A stretch of DNA of 64,000 nucleotides from Hyphomonas sp. (GCA_020638455.1 JACKIK010000003.1:504154-568153), one strand, 5' to 3'. Positions 27,555-37,562 are shown, counted from the first letter of the stretch. Notes: a model not told the origin generated them from the sequence alone. Program-made: numbers and translations.

Positions 27555-28340
27555 ATGATCGACTACACGGACAAGGTTGCGCTGGTGACCGGCGGCGCCT
27601 CCGGCATTGGCGCGGCGCTTGCCGCTGCACTCAGCGAGCGCGGCGCCGACGTGATCGTCGCGGATATCCAGGAGGACCTCGCCCGCGAGGTCGCTGCGGG
27701 CCTCGCCCGGCCCGGTCTCGCCATCGCCTGCGACCTGTCCGGCCCGGAAGCACCGGCAAAACTCGTCAGGGAGGCCCACACGTGGAAGGGCCGGCTGGAC
27801 CTTGTCTGCGCCAATGCCGGCATCGACCGGCACAAGCGCATGACAAAGGAAGATTTCGGGCCGGAGACGATGCGCATGTTCGAAGTGAACATGTTCTCCC
27901 CTTTCCGTCTCGCGCAGGCCTATGCCGCTCTGCTGGCGGGGTCAGGGGCCCGCGGGCGCCTGATGATCACAGGCTCGGAGAATTCGCTCAGCCTGCCGCA
28001 CGCCGTCCGGCGCAGCCGTATCGGTGCGTATGGCGCGACCAAGCACGGCGTGCTGATCATGGCCGAATGGCTGCGCGAAGACCTCGAGGGCGAGCTGATG
28101 GATGTGCATGTGCTGATGCCGGGCGGGGTCTACACGCCGCTGATCGCCGCCGGCATTCCGGATCCCGCGATGATCCCGCCCGAATTCAACGTCATCATGC
28201 CGGAGGAATGCGCCCGGATCGCCCTGAAAGGGCTCGACCTCGGCCTGTTCTACATCCCGACCCACAAGCACATCGGCGAGGACATCCGTCCGCGCTTCGA
28301 CGGCGTGCGGGCCGCGATCCGGGCGCTGGGTCTCAGCTAG
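27555..28340 (+). CDS. Short-chain dehydrogenase/reductase
   Basis: TGGASGIG, CANAG, YGATK catalytic motif; RBS aaggagg. Confidence 0.92.
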   Translation: MIDYTDKVALVTGGASGIGAALAAALSERGADVIVADIQEDLAREVAAGLARPGLAIACDLSGPEAPAKLVREAHTWKGRLDLVCANAGIDRHKRMTKEDFGPETMRMFEVNMFSPFRLAQAYAALLAGSGARGRLMITGSENSLSLPHAVRRSRIGAYGATKHGVLIMAEWLREDLEGELMDVHVLMPGGVYTPLIAAGIPDPAMIPPEFNVIMPEECARIALKGLDLGLFYIPTHKHIGEDIRPRFDGVRAAIRALGLS

Positions 28341-28744
28341 GCGGCGCCAATCCGCGCGTCCGTTCCCGTATCCTTGTCGACACGGCGCCCGTGAGCCCAC
28401 CAGTTCTCGAAAGTCGTCTCGACGATCGACATGCCGAGATCTTCCCGGCGCAAACCGGGGGATTTCACCAGATTGTCCGCGATCGCCTCGAACAGGGCCT
28501 GTTTCATGGCGGCCGGACGGGCATTAAATGACAGGCGGATCATCAGGAAGTCCGGGCTGCGCGCCATACCGAAATAGTTCGGATCGAAGATGTAGTTCTC
28601 CTCCTCCAGTTCGCACGTCACCTGGAAGTAGTCGTCTTCCGGCAGCTTCATCACGTCCATCATGGCTTTGTGGATGCCTTTCGACATCGCGGCCTTGTAG
28701 GCATTGTCCTTGCCGGACCGCATCCAGACCTGAATCAGTGGCAT
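28337..28744 (-). CDS. Tautomerase family protein
   Basis: N-terminal (M)P catalytic proline, PEDDYFQ, DPNYFGMARS, LVKSPGLRREDL. Confidence 0.85.
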   Translation of the reverse strand: MPLIQVWMRSGKDNAYKAAMSKGIHKAMMDVMKLPEDDYFQVTCELEEENYIFDPNYFGMARSPDFLMIRLSFNARPAAMKQALFEAIADNLVKSPGLRREDLGMSIVETTFENWWAHGRRVDKDTGTDARIGAA

Positions 28745-28822
28745 GTCGTTTCTCCTCCTGTGCCGATCCGCCGTTGACGGATCATTTCAGGAGAATACGG
28801 TCAGCTTTCAGGCTCAAACAGG

Positions 28823-28839
28823 CCTAGGATTATCCTAGG
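28823..28839. promoter_or_regulatory. Perfect palindrome, probable operator of the adjacent XRE/MmyB regulator
   Basis: CCTAGGAT-T-ATCCTAGG in the divergent intergenic region. Confidence 0.65.
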
Positions 28840-28866
28840 ATTCATCAATCCCACACAGGCTCCACC

Positions 28867-29661
28867 ATGTCCGCAGCCATGCCCTCCGCCACCCGCCATG
28901 ACGGTAACGCACTCGGCAAGTTCCTCCGCTCGCGCCGCGAGGCGATCCGCCCGGAAAGCCTCGGCCTGCCCCCCAACGGGCGGCGCCGCACACCGGGCCT
29001 CCGCCGCGACGAAGTGGCGGAACTCGCCGATATCAGCGTCGACTGGTACATCCGCCTCGAACAGGGCCGGCCGGTCAGCCCCTCGCGCAAGACGGTAGAC
29101 GCCATCGCCGCCGCCCTCCGCCTCGACCCGGTGGAGACCGCTCACCTCTACGCACTCACGGGCATCGCCCCGCTTCGGAAAGCGGCGGAGGACGCCGCGC
29201 CGCCCGCCGTGCAACGCATGATCGGACGCCTTGCCCAACCCGCCTATATCACCAACCGCCTCGGAGACGTGATTTACTGGAATGAAGGGGCAGACCGCTT
29301 CTTCGGCTTCAGCGAACATTCTGGCGAGGACCGGAACGTCTACGCGGGCATGTTCCTTCGCCCCGCCTCGCGCAGCCTGTTCGGCACGGGGTGGGCAGCG
29401 GAAGCAAAACGCATGCTGGCGGAGTTCCGCCCCGTCTATGATGTCAACGCGTCCGACCCACGCTTCGTGCGCCTCGTCGGGCGGCTGCAGGCAGGTAGCG
29501 CCGACTTTGCGAAATGGTGGGACGCACACGACATCAAGGCGGGCGGTGCCGGCCGCAAGACGCTCTACCCGTCACAAGGCAGCCCAGTGAAATACGAGTA
29601 CGTCGCCCTTCAGGTTCGCGAAAACCCGGACCTGAAAGTGGTCATCTATTCCGAGGCCTGA
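28867..29661 (+). CDS. XRE-family HTH regulator with MmyB-like ligand-binding domain
   Basis: LGKFLRSRR, RRRTPGLRRDEVAELADISVDWYIRLEQGR, PAYITN, FAKWW. Confidence 0.92.
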   Translation: MSAAMPSATRHDGNALGKFLRSRREAIRPESLGLPPNGRRRTPGLRRDEVAELADISVDWYIRLEQGRPVSPSRKTVDAIAAALRLDPVETAHLYALTGIAPLRKAAEDAAPPAVQRMIGRLAQPAYITNRLGDVIYWNEGADRFFGFSEHSGEDRNVYAGMFLRPASRSLFGTGWAAEAKRMLAEFRPVYDVNASDPRFVRLVGRLQAGSADFAKWWDAHDIKAGGAGRKTLYPSQGSPVKYEYVALQVRENPDLKVVIYSEA

Positions 29662-30290
29662 TCGGGGCGACAACTGAACGTGTACGCCTCGGCATAGGGT
29701 CGATCGAAGCAATTGATGAACCCCTCGACCACATCCAGATTCAAAGGCCATCTGGGCTGCGGATAGTCCGGATATTTCTCTTTGAATTTGGCGACACCTT
29801 CCCGGAAGCTATCCGGTTCAGGCTCCGCAGCAAGGCGGTCTCGGGCAACTTCGAGCGCTTCAAGATCGTGTAACATGAAAGCGAGTTCCGCCTCGTGGTA
29901 GGTGCGCATCGGTGGGTCATCCGTGCGAAATTCGATCAGCCTGCGGGCAATCGCAATCGCTGCGTCCGCTTCCCCTGAAGACGCCCGCAACTGGAATTCA
30001 TGATGCAACAGGCCGGCTTCTTCGTCCGCCGACAGGCCGTCCTTGCTCGTTCGATAAAGGGCCAGCAGGTCTGCCCCTGCCAACTCGCAACCCGGAACGT
30101 TGCCGATCAGGCGCCAACCAGCATCCGGGGTCGAGTTGAAAGTCTCGACGTCCAACGCCAGCATGGCGTCGCGGTCATAAGCGCAACGAGGAACAGGCGC
30201 TTCCGACACCCGGTCCTCCCGCCCGACCTCCGGCACCTGCTGGCACGCGGCGGTGCCAAGCAAGGTCAGCAAGATCAGGCCCCCGCGCAT
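29646..30290 (-). CDS. Hypothetical lipoprotein
   Basis: Signal peptide with TAAC lipobox; abuts the aminopeptidase P stop codon. Confidence 0.7.
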   Translation of the reverse strand: MRGGLILLTLLGTAACQQVPEVGREDRVSEAPVPRCAYDRDAMLALDVETFNSTPDAGWRLIGNVPGCELAGADLLALYRTSKDGLSADEEAGLLHHEFQLRASSGEADAAIAIARRLIEFRTDDPPMRTYHEAELAFMLHDLEALEVARDRLAAEPEPDSFREGVAKFKEKYPDYPQPRWPLNLDVVEGFINCFDRPYAEAYTFSCRPDQASE

Positions 30291-32101
30291 CAGATCCGCG
30301 CGGTCGCGTCTTTCAGCCAGGCTTTCACGTTGTCCGGCAGCTTGCGGTTCAAGAGCTTCCAGACGCGCTTGTGATATTCGTTGACATACTTTCGCTCGTC
30401 CTTCGACAGCAGCTTCACGTCGATCAGGTCGCGTGCGAGCGGGGCAAAGGTGAGGCACTCGAAGCCCAGCATGTCGATCTCACCGCCCTCGATCGGTGCG
30501 GGCGGCGTCACATATTGCAGGTTCTCGATGCGGATGCCGTACTGGCCTTCGCGATAGTAGCCGGGCTCGTTCGAGACGATCATGCCGGGCGCCAGCGGCA
30601 CAGCATTCCACGGCTTGGCAATCCGGTGCGGGCCTTCGTGCACGCCAAGGTACACGCCGACGCCATGGCCCGTGCCGTGCTGGTAGTCGAGCCCGGCCTG
30701 CCACAGCGGATGACGTGCCAGTACGTCGAGATGCGTGCCGGTCGTGCCGAGCGGGAAGCGCACGGTGGCAAGCGCGATATGGCCCTTCAGCACCAGCGTG
30801 TAGTGACGGCGCATGTCGGCCGTCGGCTCTCCGATCGGCACGGTGCGGGTCACATCTGTCGTCCCGTCCGGATACTGACCGCCGGAATCGATGAGGTACA
30901 GCGAGCCGCGCTCCAGCGTGCGGTCGGACGCTGTGGACACGCGGTAATGCGGCAGTGCGCCATGCTCCACCGCGCCCGAGATCGACGGGAAGGACAAGTC
31001 CGCAAGCCCATCGACCGCTTCGCGGAAGTTCTCGAGCTTGATCGCGGCTTCGATCTCCGTGACCTTGCCGCTCTGCGCTTCGGTGGCGAGCCAGTGGAGG
31101 AATTTGGTCAGCGCCACGCCGTCGCGGATGTGCGCGGCCGTCGTGCCCCTGATCTCCGCTTCGTTCTTGCAGGCGCGCGGCAGGGCGACCGGGTCGCGCT
31201 GGCGCACGATCTTCCCGCCGGCGGCTTCCACCTTGTCGAAGAACCAGGCCGAGGCCAGGTCCGGATCAAGGCTGACCGTCTTGCCGGCAAGCTCGCCCAG
31301 CCCCTGCTCCACTTCCGACAATGGACGGACGGTGACGGTATTGCCGAGGTGCTTGCGCAGTTTCGGCGAGACTTTCACCTCGTCGAGGAAGAGATCGGCC
31401 GTACCATCCCTGAAGAGGATCGCCCGGCCAAGCGGCAGCGGCGTGCAGGAAACGTCCCCGCCGCGGATGTTGAACGCCCAGGCGAGCGAAGCCGGCGAAG
31501 TCAGCACGGCGGCATCGACGCCCGCCGCCTCCAGCGCCTTGCCGATCTCGGCGCGCTTGTCGTCATGCGCGACGCCGGCATATTTCACGTTGTGCGGCAC
31601 GACCTCCGCCGTCGGCTGCGGCGGACGGCCCTGCCAGGCCTTGTCGATCGGGTTCTCTTCGACCGCGACCAGTTTCGCCCCGGCGGCATCGGCGGCCGAT
31701 TTCAGCGCCGTCACATCGTTCGGGCTCATCAGGCGCGGATCGTAGCCGACGGTCTTGCCCGAGAGCTTCTGCTTCGCCAGCCATCCGAAGGCGCCGGGAT
31801 CCGGAATGCCCTGACGCTCCCACAGTTCCGGCGCGGTCTGGTCGGCCGCCTGCAGCGTATAGCGCCCGTCCGCGAAGATCACCGCCCTGTCTGCAAACAC
31901 GAAGGCCGAACCGAACGAACCGGTAAAGCCCGACACCCAGGCAAGTCGCTCATTCGCATCCGGCAGGTATTCGTTCTGGTACTCGTCGTCATGCGGCACG
32001 TAGAAGCCGTCGAGACCCAGCTGGACAAGCTCCTTGCGGAGCAGCGGAAGGTGCGCGCGGCCGTCCTGCGGACCGCCCTTGATATCGAATGTCTGTCTCA
32101 T
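30290..32101 (-). CDS. Xaa-Pro aminopeptidase (M24B, aminopeptidase P)
   Basis: SGFTGSFG, DGRY, LIDSGGQYPDGTTDVTRT, HGTGHGVG, HEGP, SNEPGYY, GIRIEN. Confidence 0.95.
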   Translation of the reverse strand: MRQTFDIKGGPQDGRAHLPLLRKELVQLGLDGFYVPHDDEYQNEYLPDANERLAWVSGFTGSFGSAFVFADRAVIFADGRYTLQAADQTAPELWERQGIPDPGAFGWLAKQKLSGKTVGYDPRLMSPNDVTALKSAADAAGAKLVAVEENPIDKAWQGRPPQPTAEVVPHNVKYAGVAHDDKRAEIGKALEAAGVDAAVLTSPASLAWAFNIRGGDVSCTPLPLGRAILFRDGTADLFLDEVKVSPKLRKHLGNTVTVRPLSEVEQGLGELAGKTVSLDPDLASAWFFDKVEAAGGKIVRQRDPVALPRACKNEAEIRGTTAAHIRDGVALTKFLHWLATEAQSGKVTEIEAAIKLENFREAVDGLADLSFPSISGAVEHGALPHYRVSTASDRTLERGSLYLIDSGGQYPDGTTDVTRTVPIGEPTADMRRHYTLVLKGHIALATVRFPLGTTGTHLDVLARHPLWQAGLDYQHGTGHGVGVYLGVHEGPHRIAKPWNAVPLAPGMIVSNEPGYYREGQYGIRIENLQYVTPPAPIEGGEIDMLGFECLTFAPLARDLIDVKLLSKDERKYVNEYHKRVWKLLNRKLPDNVKAWLKDATARI

Positions 32102-32231
32102 GTTCGACTCTTACCGCCCAGCCCCATGCGTGGAAAGCGTCTTTCAGCTATGCGAAAATGCATGAAAATTGCAGGTTTCTTCCCTCTTTTTTGTTTACCT
32201 CTCTGCCCCATATAGCGCGTCCACGAACAAA

Positions 32232-32246
32232 TTGTGCGCCGCACAA
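32232..32246. promoter_or_regulatory. Palindrome resembling a PhaR/AniA site
   Basis: TTGTGCG-C-CGCACAA (contains TGC-N3-GCA) immediately before the RBS of a small ORF. Confidence 0.55.
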
Positions 32247-32259
32247 GAGGGACAAGAAA

Positions 32260-32448
32260 ATGAACACCGAAACCATCACCGCCGTCCGCAGCGAAAGCCA
32301 GACCGCCGCCACTGCCGAACGCCAGCCGGAAGTCAACGAAATCACCCGTGCCATCATCGCTGGCGAGCCAGTGCAGATGTCTGTCGGGCGTCCGAACATC
32401 CTCGCTCGCCGCAAGGCTCGCTGGGCCCGCCGCGCAGCCCACGGCTGA
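32260..32448 (+). CDS. Small hypothetical protein (62 aa)
   Basis: RBS gaggga, ATG 32260, host-like codon usage, fills the gap between two minus-strand genes. Confidence 0.65.
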   Translation: MNTETITAVRSESQTAATAERQPEVNEITRAIIAGEPVQMSVGRPNILARRKARWARRAAHG

Positions 32449-32454
32449 GACGGA

Positions 32455-33519
32455 TCAGTCCAGTTCCGCAGCGCAGGCGTTGAACCGGTCCTGGCCCCCA
32501 AACCGTTCGAGCGCGGCCTTCCCGGCCGCCTCGATCCGCTCCGGCGTGTAGGGTGGCTTCATCGGCGCGCCGGTGAACACCAGTGTCAGGACGTTCCGGG
32601 CGCCGTATCCGTAGACCTCCTTGCGGGTCTTCGGATTTGTGGCTTTCCCGGTCAGGGCGCGGGAAACGTAGACCGAGCCTTCGCCGAGGCCCCAACTCGG
32701 ACCGATGTCACCGACAATCGCAAATGTCTGCCGCCCGGACGCCGGGTCCATGACCAGGGCGAGGTCGCCGACATCCACGCCATTGCCGCTGAAATTCGCC
32801 CCGCGGGGTCGGATAATGAACGGCAGATCCAGCGAATTGAGGTAGCGGCCCTGGTCGCACCGGCCGCGTGACGGGTCTGCCAGCTGCGACGTGGTCGAAA
32901 CGAAATAGCCCTTGTAGGCCGGATCGTCATTAATGCACGGCTGGTGGCGTCCCTCTCCCGTATCCGATTTCGTCGCGATGCCGTAGAAATTGACGATCGG
33001 GCTGTCCGCGCCTGTCCAGCCAGCGTCGCGGGCCTGCGCGAAATAATCGATCAGCTTCTTGCACTGCGAATAATCGACTTCTTCGGGCGCCGCGATGTCC
33101 ACGCCATTGCACACTGTATTGATCGCAAGGCCACTGCTGCCCCACGGGTCGTCTGGATGGTATGAGGTCGGCGCGCCATCCGTATTGACGGCGTAGTCCG
33201 ACCGGAACATCAGGCCGTCTTCGCCAAAGATCACCCGGCGCGTCCCGTCATTCCGCGTCACATGGTCGAATGACCCATTAAGGGCGCAAGAAGCGGGTTC
33301 GGGGTCCGCCGCAGTCGCCGGTGCGGCCGGCTGGGCCGGCGCATCCATCGCGGCAGCTGGTTCTGCCGCACTTGCCGAAGCTGGTTCAGGCACTGCGTCT
33401 GCGGCGGCCTGGGGTGCCGGCTCCGGCGCAATTGCTCCATCCTGTACGCAAGCGGCGAGCAGGATGGCAGCCACCGTGACTGCGGCAGAACCTGTCCTGA
33501 ACATGCTCTCCTCTCCCAC
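32455..33519 (-). CDS. Glycoside hydrolase family 75 (chitosanase-like) lipoprotein
   Basis: Lipobox LAAC, Ala/Pro linker, VNTDGAP..Y, LPFII.P, GDLALV, FAIVGDIGP...GEGS; start may be 33504. Confidence 0.7.
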   Translation of the reverse strand: MGEESMFRTGSAAVTVAAILLAACVQDGAIAPEPAPQAAADAVPEPASASAAEPAAAMDAPAQPAAPATAADPEPASCALNGSFDHVTRNDGTRRVIFGEDGLMFRSDYAVNTDGAPTSYHPDDPWGSSGLAINTVCNGVDIAAPEEVDYSQCKKLIDYFAQARDAGWTGADSPIVNFYGIATKSDTGEGRHQPCINDDPAYKGYFVSTTSQLADPSRGRCDQGRYLNSLDLPFIIRPRGANFSGNGVDVGDLALVMDPASGRQTFAIVGDIGPSWGLGEGSVYVSRALTGKATNPKTRKEVYGYGARNVLTLVFTGAPMKPPYTPERIEAAGKAALERFGGQDRFNACAAELD

Positions 33520-33602
33520 TCCCGTTTGACGGGAATGGATATCATGGATTGCTGTCGCTGTGTCGGAAATGATCCGGTTTCCCGGCCGCTTGCGTGCGCG
33601 GA

Positions 33603-34460
33603 TCAGCCCGGCTGCCGCATCACCAGCGTCGACCAGCCATCCTTGCGGATGCGACGCTGGAACAGGAGGCCGTGGCCCTCGAAGGCTTGCCTCACCTGTC
33701 CCGCCTGATGATGCAGCAGGCCCGACAGGATCACCGTGCCGCCCGGCGCGGTGAGCCTGGCAATTTCCGGCGCAAGCCCGATCAGCGGCTTCATCAGGAT
33801 GTTGGCGAACACCGTGTCATAGGGCGCCGAACGGCGGATGCGCGGAGCGTTCGCCCCGGTGACATGCAGCGCGGTGAAACCCGAGACATCGTTCTTCTTC
33901 GCATTCTCGTTCGCCACGACGACGCTGTCGAAATCTATGTCCGTGCCAAGCGCCATGGTCGCACCGGCCTTCAGCGCCGCGATCGCCAGTACGCCTGACC
34001 CTGTGCCAAGGTCCAGTACCCGGCCGATGGCGCGCCGGCGGCGTACCTCGTCCAGCGCCAGCAGGCAGCCCAGCGTCGTGCCGTGATGCCCTGTACCGAA
34101 AGCGGGCCCCGCCTCGATCAGCACGGCGATCTTCCCCGGCGCATGTTTCGCGATGGCATGGCTGCCTGCCACGAAGAACGGCCCGGCCGAAACCGGCGGC
34201 AGGCCCTCCAGCGACAGAGTCACCCAGTCGCGCTCTGCCACCTTTTCGATTCGGGGATTGAGGCCAGGGCTGGTCCCTTCAACGATGGCGACACAGGCGT
34301 CCGCATCTTCCTGCGTCTCCGCAAAGGCATCGAGCCGCCAGACCCCCCGTCCGTCTTCCTTGCAGTCAACCGCGCCCGCCGGCGACGGATCCGCCCAGGC
34401 GAGCGCATCCCATGCCGCTTCCACCGGCGCCCGCGCGCCCTTTGCCGAAATCTGGTACAT
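33603..34460 (-). CDS. prmA: Ribosomal protein L11 methyltransferase
   Basis: IEAGPAFGTGHHGTT, LDLGTGSGVLAIA, ANIL, ILSGLL. Confidence 0.93.
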   Translation of the reverse strand: MYQISAKGARAPVEAAWDALAWADPSPAGAVDCKEDGRGVWRLDAFAETQEDADACVAIVEGTSPGLNPRIEKVAERDWVTLSLEGLPPVSAGPFFVAGSHAIAKHAPGKIAVLIEAGPAFGTGHHGTTLGCLLALDEVRRRRAIGRVLDLGTGSGVLAIAALKAGATMALGTDIDFDSVVVANENAKKNDVSGFTALHVTGANAPRIRRSAPYDTVFANILMKPLIGLAPEIARLTAPGGTVILSGLLHHQAGQVRQAFEGHGLLFQRRIRKDGWSTLVMRQPG

Positions 34461-34665
34461 GGCCGCGGCGCTTAGCAGGTCACTGCCGCGAAAGAAAGCC
34501 ACCCCGGCCACGCCGCTCCTGCTTCGGGTCCGTCCCTGTCAACGCATGCCATGCCCGCCATTCAGAAAGGAAAAAACAACGGCGATTCCCCGCCGAAGAC
34601 TGACAGCCGGCAAAATCCGGTGCAAAACCTCACGGCAGACCCGCAATGCGCGTGAAGGAAAGACC

Positions 34666-35502
34666 GTGCAACCTGACAGCATCGTCAAACGCTACAGGCG
34701 CCCCTGGCTGTTCTTCGGAATATCGCTCGTCGTTCCGTGGGCTTTCTGGTTCGTCGCCGGCGCGGTCAGCTATCAGGACTGGAGCGGTGGGAAGCAGGTC
34801 ATCGCCGCCAGCCTGCTCGCCCTGCTGGGATTGCTCGCGCCGCTGGCAACGGCGCTCGCCCTCACGGCGGGCCAGCCGGATCTGCGCCGTGATGTGGCGC
34901 GGCGGCTCTTCACGCTTCGCGGCGTTACGCCCTTCTATGCGGCCGTTGCCGCATTTCTCATGCTTGCAAGCATCCTTGCTGCTCAGGCCGTATCGGTCCT
35001 GTTCGGCTACAGCACCGACCAGTTCCGGCTTGCAGGCCATTTCTCATTCACCTCCGGCGTCCTGCCGGTCTGGTTCCTGCTGGTGGCGGCGCCGGTCATC
35101 GAGGAACTTGCCTGGCACGCCTACGGCACAGACGCGCTCCGGAGCCGCTTCAGCCTTTTCAGCACCTGCATGATGTTCAGCGCATATTGGGCGATCTGGC
35201 ATATGCCGCTGGCGTCGATAAAGGACTACTATCACAGCCATCTTGTGCAGGGCGGCCTGCTGTATACGGCCAATTTTCTCATCAGCGTCTTTCCATTCGT
35301 GATCCTGATGAACTGGCTCTACTACAAGACACACCGCAACATCCTCATCGCATGCGTGTTCCATGTGACTGCGGGCTACTTCAACGAGATTTTCGCCACA
35401 CATCCGGACAGCAAGGTCATTCAGACCGGCTTGCTGGTTCTTCTCTCGGCATTCGTCGTGTTGCGTGAGCGGCGGTTCTTCTTTGACCGGACGATCGAGT
35501 AG
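34666..35502 (+). CDS. CPBP (CAAX/Abi) intramembrane metalloprotease
   Basis: IEELAWH, WAIWHMP, ACVFH motifs with multiple TMs; GTG start after aagga. Confidence 0.85.
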   Translation: MQPDSIVKRYRRPWLFFGISLVVPWAFWFVAGAVSYQDWSGGKQVIAASLLALLGLLAPLATALALTAGQPDLRRDVARRLFTLRGVTPFYAAVAAFLMLASILAAQAVSVLFGYSTDQFRLAGHFSFTSGVLPVWFLLVAAPVIEELAWHAYGTDALRSRFSLFSTCMMFSAYWAIWHMPLASIKDYYHSHLVQGGLLYTANFLISVFPFVILMNWLYYKTHRNILIACVFHVTAGYFNEIFATHPDSKVIQTGLLVLLSAFVVLRERRFFFDRTIE

Positions 35503-35593
35503 AGCGGCCCGCGCCGGGCCAGCCAGCCCCTTGAATCAGAAGGGCGGCCGCCTTCGCCGCCGCCCCGCCGTTTGGATCACATCATAGCTGGTC

Positions 35594-37327
35594 TCAGAGC
35601 TTGTCCTTGTAGACCGGCTGGATGTCCACCGGGATATCGGTCATCGTGCCGATCACGTGCTCGGCCGCCGCGTCGACCTGGCCGTACTGGTCGAGGAAGG
35701 CCTTGGCGGTGTCATAGTCGCCGTCGCCCTCGATGGTAACGAATTTCGCCGTCAGCGAGCGGATGGCCTCCTCCAGCTTCGCAAAGTCGACGCGGTATTT
35801 CCCGGTCGCCTTATCCACAGTGAAGGCGCCCTGTTCCTTGTACCAGCTGTACTGGATCGCGGCGCCCTTTCCGTGTGCCTCGCCCGTACCGAAGCGGATC
35901 GCGCGGAAGATGCCGGTGAAATAGGTGGCGAGGAAATTCTCCTTCTCCGCCGCAGGCAGTTCATTGCGCTGCATCATGTAGAGGATGTTCCAGGCCCCCA
36001 TCACGTCGGCCTTGCCTTCCTCGATGCTGGAATACAGCTCCTTCAGCTCGGCATTGACGGTCGTCTCCTCGCCATTCTTCGTGATCGTTCCCGGCCCGAG
36101 GCTGTGCGAGAGTTCGTGGAACAGTGTCTCGGCGCCCATGTATTTCTGCATCAGCATCGGCGCCTGGTCGTCCACCAGCACATGCTCCGCCATCGGCTGC
36201 AGGATGCGCTCGAACTTCGCGCCCATCACATTGTTCAGCAGCACCTTCTTGGCGCCCTTTGCCTCGCGCACCCGCTCGTCGTTCGGCAGGTTGAAGGCGA
36301 TGGTCTGCACGCCCGGCACGTTATCGCCGCCGCCATGCACCTGGTTCACCACGGCAATCGGCGATTCAAAACCGCGCTTGAAATTCTTGTAGCTGTCCGG
36401 AACCGGAAGGTTGCCTTCCATGTCGCGCAGCATGCCCTTGTATTTGTCGAGCGCCGCACTCTCGGCCGGGTCCTTGATCGTGACGAAGGCCTCGAACGCC
36501 GTCTTGTAGCCATAGAGACCATCCGTATACACCTCATACGGGCCGATCGCGACCTCGATGGGCCCGTCGAGGTCCATCCATGCCATCTCGGACTCGAAAT
36601 AGTCATCCGACAGGAAAGCGTCGGCACGCAGGGTGAGGAATGTCTTCAGGCTCTCATTGGTCGTGATCGCCGCCGCTTGACGCAGCAGGCCGGCAGCTGG
36701 CACCAGCCATTCGGCATAGGCCTCATGGTACGGCACAGCCTTCAGGCCGCCATCATCGGTGCGCTCGATCACAGTGTAGCCGCTGATGAAGGCTTCCTTG
36801 TCCTCCGGATGCGCCGCGATCCAGCCCTCGAATTCCTCCTTCGACATGTCGGCAGGATAGAAGGCCGCCCCGGCCGGGCGATCTTCCGAACCGTAGAAGG
36901 GTTTGTCATGGTCCAGCATGTCCCAGGGGCCATAGTAGAGATCATACAGGTTGAGCAGGAGGTCCTTGTCCGGCGATGAGGTCGCGGCGATTTCGGCGCG
37001 CAGTTCGTCCGTGCCGGCGTTAACCTGGTGCTTGTAGATCTCGCTCATCAGGTTCGCGGCCTGGTTCAGCAGGTCCACCACCTGCACTTCTTCCGGCGTC
37101 AGGAAAGAGGTGTCCGGCGCCATGTCGATCTTCGCGATCTGCGCACGCATGGCGACGAGGTGATCATGGCTCGCCACGGGAATGGCCTTCTGCTCCGGCG
37201 CCGGGCCGGCATCCGGTATGATCTGAGGCTCGTTCAGGTCGACCGGATAATCGGTCGCCGGGCTGGTGCAGGCCGCCAGCAGCGCTGCAAGGCAGGCCGA
37301 AGCGAAGAGAGATCTGGAACGGGTCAT
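35594..37327 (-). CDS. Peptidase M49 (dipeptidyl-peptidase III-like) lipoprotein
   Basis: Lipobox LAAC, IGPYEVY.D, AFNLPNDERVR..KG.K, HELSH, EEGKAD. Confidence 0.88.
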   Translation of the reverse strand: MTRSRSLFASACLAALLAACTSPATDYPVDLNEPQIIPDAGPAPEQKAIPVASHDHLVAMRAQIAKIDMAPDTSFLTPEEVQVVDLLNQAANLMSEIYKHQVNAGTDELRAEIAATSSPDKDLLLNLYDLYYGPWDMLDHDKPFYGSEDRPAGAAFYPADMSKEEFEGWIAAHPEDKEAFISGYTVIERTDDGGLKAVPYHEAYAEWLVPAAGLLRQAAAITTNESLKTFLTLRADAFLSDDYFESEMAWMDLDGPIEVAIGPYEVYTDGLYGYKTAFEAFVTIKDPAESAALDKYKGMLRDMEGNLPVPDSYKNFKRGFESPIAVVNQVHGGGDNVPGVQTIAFNLPNDERVREAKGAKKVLLNNVMGAKFERILQPMAEHVLVDDQAPMLMQKYMGAETLFHELSHSLGPGTITKNGEETTVNAELKELYSSIEEGKADVMGAWNILYMMQRNELPAAEKENFLATYFTGIFRAIRFGTGEAHGKGAAIQYSWYKEQGAFTVDKATGKYRVDFAKLEEAIRSLTAKFVTIEGDGDYDTAKAFLDQYGQVDAAAEHVIGTMTDIPVDIQPVYKDKL

Positions 37328-37562
37328 GTCGGGAGTCCTCCTGTCGGGGCGCACCGTCCCTGGGCGCTGCCCCAAATGAATTTGGCCGCAACCTACGCCA
37401 GCCTCACCCGGCAATGAAAGCCCCCAAGTCAGCCCGCCCGGCGGGCAAATGGCCCCAACCTTTCCGCCGCCCGATCAAAAAAAATGCCTTCCGGCCTCTC
37501 CGCCTCTGGAAATCACCGCAAAACTGCATATATTGTTTTTCGATAAGAAGGAGTATCGGGCC

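Noticed and set aside
34666-35502. CPBP/Abi-family protease as an anti-phage gene
   Set aside because: The family name alone is not evidence of defence; the gene is isolated among housekeeping genes.
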